From the NCBI GenBank assembly GCA_043745805.1, contig JAYTSD010000048.1:1-38202 (forward strand): a stretch of 38,202 nucleotides of DNA. Reading direction: 5' to 3'. The notes under the pieces are model-generated. The model had not been told where the DNA came from and searched no databases. It was given only the letters and a program-made list of their open reading frames with translations. Positions 28,501 to 35,977 of this stretch are shown piece after piece. Source of the stretch: Fibrobacteria bacterium. GTDB taxonomy: Bacteria > Fibrobacterota > Fibrobacteria > UBA11236. Numbering within the stretch: position 1 is the stretch's first letter; every line of letters starts with the position of its first letter. Both the position numbers and the translations under genes were made by a program.

Positions 28501-30655
28501 GGCCAAGGCTTTTAAAATTTGCGGTATTGAAACCGATTCCTTGCCAGCCAATCAATTTTTAGATGTTCCCCAAGAAAACAATTTAGTGATCGTGCCTCAT
28601 CAAAGTGCGGCTCAACTTAGTACGCAACAAACCCTATTGCTTGCCCAGGCGATTGCCCAAGGGAAAAATATAATTCTTGAAGGAACTTCACCTCTTGCGG
28701 TGCAACTAGGTATACGCCCAATTAATTCTTCTAAAAAAACCAGTGACATTCGCGACGAATATTTACCGCAAGTAAAAATTCGCTTCCGTAGTCCTTTGGT
28801 CTATCAGCCTTTTGAAGCCGATGTGCAATATGTTGACCAATACGTTACCCCAAAAGGTGAACCCTTGGTGGCGGGTGGAGAATATGGAGAAGGTAAATAT
28901 CTTTATTTTGCAACTGATTTTGCGAACCCTATACAAGACACTAGTATAGATGGGAAAAGTGCTACACCCTATCGCTTTCCATTTTTCTTGGATTTGCTCG
29001 AAAGACAATTCGATTTGCATCCCGCTATACGTAATCCCAACTTAGAAGTCTATTTTGATCCCACTGGCCGGGAAAATATTCCGCTAGAAGAACTAGTAAA
29101 TTTATGGCATAAAAATGGAGTGCGGCTTGTACATGTGGCTGGCTGGCATGATTTCAGTACCTATACCTTTGAATATGGTTATTTCATAAATCTGTTACAT
29201 AAAAATGGCATCTCAGCCTATGCTTGGATTGATTTGCCTTATGTTTCCGAGCGCTTCTGGGAGGAGCATCCAAATTGGCGAGAAAAAACGGCTGCCGGAA
29301 AAGAAGCTGGGCTGGACGCTGGTAGTGGCTGGAAACTTTTCATGAATGTTACGAATGATACCGCTCGGGCCGGTGCATTTCATGCTATTAAGCGATTAAT
29401 CCTAATGGGACCTTGGGATGGTGTGAATTTAACTGGCAGTATTTTTACTGGAAATAATCCTGACTCCACAAAATATATTACTCCGTTTAATACCTCTTTC
29501 CGAGCTCAATACCAACGCGATAAAGGTTATGATCCTCAAGAAATATTTTCACCGGGTGACGCACACTGGTATAAATCTTCTGCAAAATACTGGAATGAAT
29601 TTCAAAATTATCGCGATTCCATTGCGCAATCTATAACCCATGAAGCGATTGTTTTTTTAGAAAAGCAATCGCCATTTCAAAAATCTGGATCGGAAATTAT
29701 TTTAACGCGCCGACTCGATAGCACAACTACGCGTGCGGATTCATTATACCGAGAATTATTAGAAAAAGATTCTGTGGTGGTTTTACAAGCAGAAATGAGT
29801 CACACTTCCAAAATGAATGCTTTTCTTTTAAATCAAAAGATTGAAACCATAAAAAATAAATTTCCAGCCTGGAAACCTATGTTGGAAATAAATATGGACA
29901 AACAAAAACCTGCGAGTGAGGAAACGCCGCAACTTTGTGGAATGGAATTAATGGACATGATGGCGACTGCGGGAAAATGGGGGCGCTTGTCTCTGCGCAA
30001 TGAAGACAATGTTTATGATGTTGATTTTCATAATTTGGCTTTTGCCACCGCTGTACCCGTTCAAGAAAATTATACTCAAGAGGGTTGGACCATAAATTCC
30101 TCGAATAGAAGTTGGTTGGACTTGAGTGAAGTGAAGAATCCCGAAGTTATGCTGGATGGTCGTATTTGGCCCGTATATGAAAAAGGCCATTTATTATTGC
30201 CCGAAGGAAAACATTTTATAGAAGGCTGTTCCAAATTTACTAGTTGGAAAACTCTTTTGCTTTCGCCTGTCGAAGTCACTCAATTCAATGGCATTATCCA
30301 AGATGCTCAATCCACTTTGCAGGGATTAAAATTAAATTATCGCGCCATAGGGGTAGCTTCTTTGGTACTGTCACAAAATCCAAAAGAGGTCTATTTAGAT
30401 GGCCTTCCTTATTTGACAGAATCTCCTGCACCGAATAATACGCAAACCCTACTGAAAGATGGCGTATTAGAACTACCAGCTGGTACTCATGAAGTGGAAA
30501 TTCTCACACGTACTTTAGGGCATTCGATAATGAGGCAAGCCAGTATTGGTTTATCCGCTTTAATTATTGGAATTAGTTCCCTCATGGTTTCAGCCTTCAC
30601 TTTATTATATCTGGGTGGGCTTATCAAGCGCCTCTGGCATGGAGCTACTCGATGA
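25553..30655 (+). CDS. 1700-aa multidomain polysaccharide-modifying lipoprotein: GH-like TIM barrel, DUF2334 (YdaL/PssB-like) deacetylase, second GH-like barrel, C-terminal TM helix
   Basis: TTG start with GGAG SD; lipobox LTGC (Cys30); GINTIFFKA..HKRGIKLIAWLP..DGVDFSE; LVRIEDVCP..MHGTTHQY..FETPHY..FFFHP; HKNGISAYAWIDLP..WDGVNL; hydrophobic C-terminal helix followed by KR. Confidence 0.85.
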   Translation: MKINCFTPKWIFHFNAVCIAFVFITLLTGCADKKQIGEDFASNRIQGVRFDPSYYYNLKQPLDKFADSAIAVWQAHGINTIFFKAYDPQYGAVYKTGYKYNVETGYSKKDLLKHFIDASHKRGIKLIAWLPVFEHKGVWEKRPEWRMKNADGSDLSPYPDQHFLCVRQPGFIIWWEGFLKDILKHYPEIDGVDFSEPTIVWKNKFACHCDVCRKEIAEDTHAFSPEAIVKRSQGLTDLLLRSSKIVKAAHKIACLTFIATADAQANLMPFSKQKELTGLDLDKLLDSQDKPQWLSAELMWQQWANIYENPATFKPDWTQKAVEQTLAQINNRVHLLAHVEITPLGAVEVSPNELVESIVAARRGGAQSIEFYDTHLADSMQAWSILAKAWQTQSERKVMVYHDSSGEGVAMQVATLFGHFSMETHVLPVDSFNLSQLKLNDVVAYVGTSETAILPADFLNFARHPQNKLFWLHFNLRQLEYPLADSERARKPGDTSRLHLDTTKSLGAFANLGFKQDGVLRSSEFNTVLYNHQQLFKTDSVFNLISLLDSNRAKIHAYAKSQAGILRPYILQSGNFWYVADCPTDYITEGGRDIAFADLLHEFVGEIHPEKHTGLVRIEDVCPLSDPQSIRHLADILASEGAPFSIALVPFYVDPDENVAYSLTDKPDLVNAIHYAISKGASIVMHGTTHQYRGRSTHDYEFWDALHNTPIFEDSKEYVRLRLRKGIEEMHRNGIYPLVFETPHYACSNLDYSVIDQFFNVEYGRRQVIDKTGYDQLVPYFIGRHPSGNSIIPENLGYVPNDNQDATPIIRFAQNNLAVRDGFASFFFHPWIKSSVLKEIVRGLKKQGYVFSDIRNVPLRMTSPGIVQVTGNQNVTFKSSGQFLHTFFLDREGKKQKEWYSEAPVEREYKQNISCPPGWSFVVEGVNNKPKWYSGISIPKFAFAHTLREKIFATPPLALKHGAPAKPVILWPTQDSNFDAQTWAKAFKICGIETDSLPANQFLDVPQENNLVIVPHQSAAQLSTQQTLLLAQAIAQGKNIILEGTSPLAVQLGIRPINSSKKTSDIRDEYLPQVKIRFRSPLVYQPFEADVQYVDQYVTPKGEPLVAGGEYGEGKYLYFATDFANPIQDTSIDGKSATPYRFPFFLDLLERQFDLHPAIRNPNLEVYFDPTGRENIPLEELVNLWHKNGVRLVHVAGWHDFSTYTFEYGYFINLLHKNGISAYAWIDLPYVSERFWEEHPNWREKTAAGKEAGLDAGSGWKLFMNVTNDTARAGAFHAIKRLILMGPWDGVNLTGSIFTGNNPDSTKYITPFNTSFRAQYQRDKGYDPQEIFSPGDAHWYKSSAKYWNEFQNYRDSIAQSITHEAIVFLEKQSPFQKSGSEIILTRRLDSTTTRADSLYRELLEKDSVVVLQAEMSHTSKMNAFLLNQKIETIKNKFPAWKPMLEINMDKQKPASEETPQLCGMELMDMMATAGKWGRLSLRNEDNVYDVDFHNLAFATAVPVQENYTQEGWTINSSNRSWLDLSEVKNPEVMLDGRIWPVYEKGHLLLPEGKHFIEGCSKFTSWKTLLLSPVEVTQFNGIIQDAQSTLQGLKLNYRAIGVASLVLSQNPKEVYLDGLPYLTESPAPNNTQTLLKDGVLELPAGTHEVEILTRTLGHSIMRQASIGLSALIIGISSLMVSAFTLLYLGGLIKRLWHGATR

Positions 30656-30697
30656 AAAAATCTTTTTGCCATTTGATGTTATTAATTTCACAGTCTA

Positions 30698-32014
30698 ATG
30701 TTTTTTGTCCTCGGAGGCAACTTGCCATATTCTAGTCCTATTTTAGAATTTCTCTTTCTTTTCTCAGTTATCATTATATGGGGTATGATTGTCTTCAATC
30801 TTATTTTAACATGGGGAGGCTATGTCTATCGTCGCAAGTTTTATAAAGGCGATCATGAAATCTTAGCGACGGATGACGAGTTACCTGCAGTATCCGCCAT
30901 GATACCTGCGCGTAATGAAGAAATGGTGATTGAAAAAACCGTACGTGCCCTTTTAGCCATGGACTATCCTAAGGATAAATTCGAAGTCATTGTTATCAGC
31001 GATAAGAGCACAGATAAAACCACGGAAATTGTCGACCGTTTAGCTTTAGAAGATCCCCGCGTGCGCTGTTTGTCTTGGCCTCCTGCCGAAAGAGGCAGTG
31101 GCAAGCCATATGCTCTAAACGAAGGGCTGAAACTTTGCCGTTACCCCGTCATCGCTATATATGATGGTGACAATAATCCCCGACCGGAATCTTTACGTAT
31201 ACTTTGCACTCGAATGGTGCGCAATGCAAACCTTACTGCTGTACTGGGTAAATTCCGCTGTATCAATCGCAATAAAAATCTTTTAACACGTATGATAAAT
31301 ATTGAAACCCTAAGCTTTCAGTGGATGATACAAGCTGGACGTTATTGGTTTTCCAAGTTCGCTATTTTGCCTGGCACCAATTATATCATCAAGCGCGAAG
31401 CTCTCGATGCAGTGGGAGGCTGGGATGAAAAAGCGATCACCGAAGATTCCGAACTTTCCGTACGTTTACAAATGGAAGGCTATGAAGTGCAATTTGTGCC
31501 GACGGCTGTGACTTGGGAACAAGAACCGGAAACGCTAAAGGTTTGGATTAAGCAGAGAACACGCTGGGTGCGTGGTAATAATTATGTTTTGAAAAAATTT
31601 GCCAAACCCGCTTTAAAATTTAAGAACCGCCATCTAACGACAGAATTTCTCTACATGTTTGGATTATATTATCTCTTCCTCACATCGACCGTACTCTCCC
31701 ATTTGATTTTTATTTTAAGTGCCTTTGGTGTTATTAGTCTGGATATTCCTGGACCTTATACCGCAGTTTGGATATCTGCCTATGCTATGTATCTCGCCGA
31801 AATTTTCTTTGTGCTTTCGTATGAGCGAGAAGATACTTTTGGTAACCTACTCGTTACTGCCTTAATGTATTTTACTTATTGCCAACTGTGGATTTACGTG
31901 GTATTCAAATCGCTATGGATGGATTTCACTCGCAATCGCGTCGGTGTTTGGGATAAAACAGTGCGTTTCAAAACGGATGCAGCACCTGTGCCTGAACCGG
32001 GAACAAAGGCTTAA
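30698..32014 (+). CDS. Processive family 2 glycosyltransferase, YdaM/PssC-like polysaccharide synthase (alternative start TTG 30722)
   Basis: D,D,D,QxxRW signature (DKSTD, YDGD, TED, QRTRW); GKFRCIN..LLTRMINIETLSFQW, PGTNY, TWEQEPETLKVW, MYFTYCQLW and WDKTVR recall YdaM; GGAGG precedes TTG 30722. Confidence 0.92.
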   Translation: MFFVLGGNLPYSSPILEFLFLFSVIIIWGMIVFNLILTWGGYVYRRKFYKGDHEILATDDELPAVSAMIPARNEEMVIEKTVRALLAMDYPKDKFEVIVISDKSTDKTTEIVDRLALEDPRVRCLSWPPAERGSGKPYALNEGLKLCRYPVIAIYDGDNNPRPESLRILCTRMVRNANLTAVLGKFRCINRNKNLLTRMINIETLSFQWMIQAGRYWFSKFAILPGTNYIIKREALDAVGGWDEKAITEDSELSVRLQMEGYEVQFVPTAVTWEQEPETLKVWIKQRTRWVRGNNYVLKKFAKPALKFKNRHLTTEFLYMFGLYYLFLTSTVLSHLIFILSAFGVISLDIPGPYTAVWISAYAMYLAEIFFVLSYEREDTFGNLLVTALMYFTYCQLWIYVVFKSLWMDFTRNRVGVWDKTVRFKTDAAPVPEPGTKA

Positions 32015-32024
32015 AGGTCTCGGG

Positions 32025-33218
32025 GTGAGAAAAAATATTTTTTGCTTTTTAATTTTAGGCTGTAGTATTTTAATCCAAGCCCAAGTTGGATTAGAGGATC
32101 CCGAAGAGCCCGAAATTACCCCATCAATGGTGCAAGATTCTTCATCAGCTACAAACTCAGCTGAGGTAACTGCACCATTACTATGGATGGATCTTTATTC
32201 CGAAGGCGTTTATGATAAAGAAGAAGAAAGAAACACTTCCGGGTTTATGGCCATGCAATTGGGTAAACGTTTCGACTTTTTTTTGCCCATCGATATATAT
32301 GGAAAAGCCCATTTTGACCGGGATATACAAAATAAGTATTGGAATAATCGTACAGATTTAGGCTTTGGTTATCGCATTTCTTTCCTGCAAAAAATGTCTT
32401 TACAGTTTTTCCAAGAAATTCGTTGGGGACAATATTTGCGCAAGGATAACACTCAATTGTCTTTGCAATCCGTGCAAAATAATTCTGGAAAAATTCGTGA
32501 GACCATCGCCAACATGGAGAATCAGTATCGCAGCCTTGAACAACAAAATTTTTATTTGAATAGCCTCGGTATCCCAGTTGAAGGAAAAGCATTACAACAA
32601 AGTTTAGATTCTTTGAAAACAGCATTTTCTCATGTCAATAGTTCTTTGGATAGCCTAGATGCTGCCAAAGATAGCTTGCAACAAGTAGCGGACAGTATTG
32701 CCTTGATTCCTACGGGAACTTTCATGGACATTAAAACTGGTTTGGTATTTTGGACGGGTTGGGGAAAAAATGGCGTATTTAATAATTGGATTGGATTTCC
32801 CTTTCGTTTTTGGGGAGACGTTTATGCCGAAGGAATTTTTTCCTTTCATACTCGAAAAGTGCTGCAACGCAATGCACAAAATAATTATCAAGATAGTAGT
32901 ATTAGATTAATGAATTTTGTGTTTTATGTGAACCCCGATTTAGGTTTTGTGATGGCAGAAGGTAAATGGGGGATGTTAATTAATTATGCCACGGCTTATG
33001 CTTCTTATGACACACATCGTGACTGGTGGAATCGCAAAATTATGGGCGGTCCGGGAATACGCTGGGAGCCAGCGAGTTCTTTAAATTTTGCTTTGTGTGC
33101 TGAGTATTTGTGGGGAAATTATTTTGGAGAAAATCGCACAGAAGATCCAAACCCAAATGATAAACAATTTACTGATTTACGCCTTTCCGCAAACTTTTGG
33201 TATGGACTAGGCATTTGA
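32025..33218 (+). CDS. Predicted outer-membrane beta-barrel with internal two-fold repeat and a coiled-coil insertion (start reassigned to GTG 32025)
   Basis: GTG with AAAGG upstream gives signal peptide MRKNIFCFLILGCSILIQA; aromatic-rich amphipathic strands; ends LRLSANFWYGLGI. Confidence 0.7.
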   Translation: MRKNIFCFLILGCSILIQAQVGLEDPEEPEITPSMVQDSSSATNSAEVTAPLLWMDLYSEGVYDKEEERNTSGFMAMQLGKRFDFFLPIDIYGKAHFDRDIQNKYWNNRTDLGFGYRISFLQKMSLQFFQEIRWGQYLRKDNTQLSLQSVQNNSGKIRETIANMENQYRSLEQQNFYLNSLGIPVEGKALQQSLDSLKTAFSHVNSSLDSLDAAKDSLQQVADSIALIPTGTFMDIKTGLVFWTGWGKNGVFNNWIGFPFRFWGDVYAEGIFSFHTRKVLQRNAQNNYQDSSIRLMNFVFYVNPDLGFVMAEGKWGMLINYATAYASYDTHRDWWNRKIMGGPGIRWEPASSLNFALCAEYLWGNYFGENRTEDPNPNDKQFTDLRLSANFWYGLGI

Positions 33219-33231
33219 TCTTGGAGGATAT

Positions 33232-34674
33232 ATGTTTCGCTTGCTTGTGACTTTTGTTTTTTTTACAACTGTATTGATAAATTCCATCTTCGCAAAACCT
33301 GGAGATGAGCTTTGGAGGTTTGCCGCGGACTCCGTATTATTAATTCAGGCGTCATCAGATATTTCTGCTCCCAGTAATGGTGGTCAAGATCTCATCGTAG
33401 GTAGCGGCTATGATACTCTCTATATGGTAGAAGGTCGTGGAAATGCGTCTGGTGGACAATTATGGTCTATTCCCTTTTTAGCCTCAATTAGTGCCACGGA
33501 AGCAATACCCGATATTAGCGGAGATGGTCGCGCCGATGTGGCCGCAGGCGACGAAAGAGGTTTAATCACCATGGTATCTGGTGGCAGTGGTCACGCTTTT
33601 TGGAAATACTTAACCTTCGTTGAAGGAACCATTTTAAGTATTATACATATACCTGATATCAACGGCGATGGCAAGGAAGAGATAGTATTCGGAAGCCAAA
33701 ACGATACCGTTTATTGTTTGTCGGGAGCTATCAATGGAATGACCGAAAATGATGCCTTTCCAAAATTAGGACAAGTGCTTTGGAAATTTTCCACCTTTGA
33801 TGGTAAAGTACATGGGAAACCTAAAATAGCCGCAGCCCCTCCCAGTACCGCAATAGCAAGCGGTGCAAATAGCTTGTCCTTAATTCATCAGGGAAATACA
33901 AGTTACGGTATAGCCATTGGTAGCAGTGGTGGCGATTCATTATTTTTAATTAAACCTGATGGAAGCAGCGTGTTATGGAAAAAACAAATGCCCGGCGATG
34001 TATGGAAAGTAAAAGCTTTTCCTGATGTAGATAATGATGGTGGCGAAGAAGTATTAATTGCGGACGGTGCCGATTCGGCTTATTTATTTTCCGGTTTAAC
34101 CGGTAATTTACTTTGGTCTTTACCAGTAACTTCCGGAGCAACAGCAATTGCGATTGCTGGAGATATTAACGGGGATGGGAAAGCCGATGCTTTTGTAGGA
34201 GATGGAAATGGTAAAGTGTATGCGGTATCGGGAGCCGCACGTGGCCACGGTGTTACCTCATTATGGATCTATGATTTTTTAGATGGAAGTACTATAACCG
34301 CATTGGCTGCATTGCCAGATGTCACGGGAAATAGTTTTTCGGAATGCGTTGTAGGTACTTCTTCTAACTTACTTACGGTTCTAAATGATACCGGAAAGAA
34401 GTCCTGGTCAGTAAATATGGGTGGTACTGTTAACGCTGTAACCGCCCTAGCGGCTCCCGCCGATAACGGCTTTGCCACAGTAGTAGCCGGAACCAATATG
34501 GGCTTTGCCGCAGCCTATCAAGGAGGCGATGGAAAACCCTTATCCATATTCTCTGTTTCAAAATCATATTCTTCCCAACAAAAAAACAAACGCCATAATT
34601 TGTTAGGCCAGAATCTTGGACTGATTAATACCAAGTCAAAAGCCGTTGGAAAATATTTCTCAACTTCCCATTAA
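33232..34674 (+). CDS. Secreted FG-GAP/PQQ-like beta-propeller protein
   Basis: GGAGG SD; signal peptide; repeated DISGDGRAD, DINGDGKEE, DVDNDGGEE, DINGDGKAD Ca-binding loops and G..LW motifs. Confidence 0.85.
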   Translation: MFRLLVTFVFFTTVLINSIFAKPGDELWRFAADSVLLIQASSDISAPSNGGQDLIVGSGYDTLYMVEGRGNASGGQLWSIPFLASISATEAIPDISGDGRADVAAGDERGLITMVSGGSGHAFWKYLTFVEGTILSIIHIPDINGDGKEEIVFGSQNDTVYCLSGAINGMTENDAFPKLGQVLWKFSTFDGKVHGKPKIAAAPPSTAIASGANSLSLIHQGNTSYGIAIGSSGGDSLFLIKPDGSSVLWKKQMPGDVWKVKAFPDVDNDGGEEVLIADGADSAYLFSGLTGNLLWSLPVTSGATAIAIAGDINGDGKADAFVGDGNGKVYAVSGAARGHGVTSLWIYDFLDGSTITALAALPDVTGNSFSECVVGTSSNLLTVLNDTGKKSWSVNMGGTVNAVTALAAPADNGFATVVAGTNMGFAAAYQGGDGKPLSIFSVSKSYSSQQKNKRHNLLGQNLGLINTKSKAVGKYFSTSH

Positions 34675-34687
34675 AAAGAAAGCTATC

Positions 34688-35815
34688 ATGGAAAAACCCA
34701 ATATTGCTGTTGTTTTTGGTACTCGTCCTGAAGCCATTAAAATGGTCCCCGTTATTCAAGCCTTAAAACGTGAAAATCAATTGCGTGTTACCGTGGTCTC
34801 TACGGGACAACATCGACAAATGTTGCATCAAATTTTACAACGCTTTGAAATCGAAGTTGATTATGAAATGGACTTAATGGAGCCCAATCAAAGTTTATAT
34901 CGTCTAAGTAGCAAAGCCATTGCTGCTTTCGAAAAAGTTTTGCAAGAAAGTAAACCGTCCATGTTACTAGTGCAAGGTGATACCACTACCGCTTTTTTAG
35001 GAGCACTCTGCGCTTTTTATGCCAAGGTTCCGGTAGGTCATGTGGAAGCGGGTTTGCGCACAGATAATAAATATTTTCCTTTTCCCGAAGAAGTGAATCG
35101 TCGGCTAATTACGGTTTGTGCCGATCTTAATTTTTGTCCCACTGAAGGCAATCGCCAAAATTTAATTACGGAAAATGTTCCGGCAAAAAGTATTTTTGTT
35201 ACGGGCAATACGGGTATCGATACTTTATTATTAGCTACACGCACTTCAGCTGCCGTAGCATTTCCTTTTCCCGAACTTGATTTGCATGAAAAGCGTTTGG
35301 TTTTGGTCACCATTCATCGTCGCGAAAGTTTTGGAGAACCCTTAAAAGAAATTTTTCTCGCGGTACGTGAACTGGCACAGAGCTATCCCGATTTAGTCAT
35401 TGTTTATCCCGTGCATTTAAATCCTAATGTACAACAACCAGCACGCGATATTCTAGGCGATGTTCCCAATGTACATTTGGTAGCACCTTTGGATTATTTT
35501 GATTTTGTGCAAGTGATGAATCGCGCTTATCTTATTCTTACCGATTCAGGTGGTGTGCAAGAAGAAGCACCCACATTAGGAGCACCCGTATTAGTATTGC
35601 GAAATGAAACGGAAAGACCGGAAGCTGTGGAAGCCGGCACCGTTCGTTTAGTAGGCACTAAGCGCGAAAATATTTTGTTGCATGCTAAAATGATTTTGGA
35701 AAATGAGGCTGAGAGAAATAAACTTTGCAGCGCTTCCAATCCTTATGGCGATGGAAAAGCCTCCCCTAAAATTGTGAGCGAAATTCTGAAATACTTTGGA
35801 TTAAACAAAGCCTAA
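34688..35815 (+). CDS. wecB: UDP-N-acetylglucosamine 2-epimerase (non-hydrolysing); start reassigned to ATG 34688
   Basis: FGTRPEAIKM, TGQHRQML, VQGDTTT, HVEAGLRT, PFPEE, TIHRRE, TDSGGVQEEAP, TERPE and NPYGDG motifs. Confidence 0.97.
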   Translation: MEKPNIAVVFGTRPEAIKMVPVIQALKRENQLRVTVVSTGQHRQMLHQILQRFEIEVDYEMDLMEPNQSLYRLSSKAIAAFEKVLQESKPSMLLVQGDTTTAFLGALCAFYAKVPVGHVEAGLRTDNKYFPFPEEVNRRLITVCADLNFCPTEGNRQNLITENVPAKSIFVTGNTGIDTLLLATRTSAAVAFPFPELDLHEKRLVLVTIHRRESFGEPLKEIFLAVRELAQSYPDLVIVYPVHLNPNVQQPARDILGDVPNVHLVAPLDYFDFVQVMNRAYLILTDSGGVQEEAPTLGAPVLVLRNETERPEAVEAGTVRLVGTKRENILLHAKMILENEAERNKLCSASNPYGDGKASPKIVSEILKYFGLNKA

Positions 35816-35820
35816 TTGTT

Positions 35821-35851
35821 TGCGGGCTGAAATTTCCGCATTCAGCCCGCA
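35821..35851 (+). terminator. GC-rich hairpin after wecB (possible atypical terminator or processing site)
   Basis: TGCGGGCTGAA-9 nt-TTCAGCCCGCA perfect 11-bp stem 5 bp after the stop; no U-tract follows. Confidence 0.55.
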
Positions 35852-35881
35852 CTACAAATTCAAATAGCACAAAGAAAGCGG

Positions 35882-35977
35882 CATTTTTGTTAAAAACAAA
35901 AATGTGAAGCGCTTGCGCAAATGGCTTTCCAGGGAATAGCATACATGAGGGTTATGTATGCTAATTTTGTTAAAAAC
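35882..35977. promoter_or_regulatory. Two perfect 10-bp inverted repeats plus a 13-bp direct repeat; candidate operator region
   Basis: CATTTTTGTT-3-AACAAAAATG (35882-35904); TAGCATACAT-7-ATGTATGCTA (35937-35963); TTTTGTTAAAAAC at 35885 and 35965. Confidence 0.5.

Noticed and set aside
25553..32014. Calling the locus pgaABCD, pel, ica or bcs
   Set aside because: There is no PgaD/IcaD, TPR-porin, PelF GT4/PelG or PilZ-bearing BcsA; the deacetylase and GT2 motifs fit YdaL/YdaM better. Gene symbols are withheld because orthology was not computed.
31944..32024. ORF-track start at 31944 for the barrel gene
   Set aside because: It overlaps the GT2 by 71 bp and buries the signal peptide; GTG 32025 has an SD-like sequence and gives a clean signal peptide.
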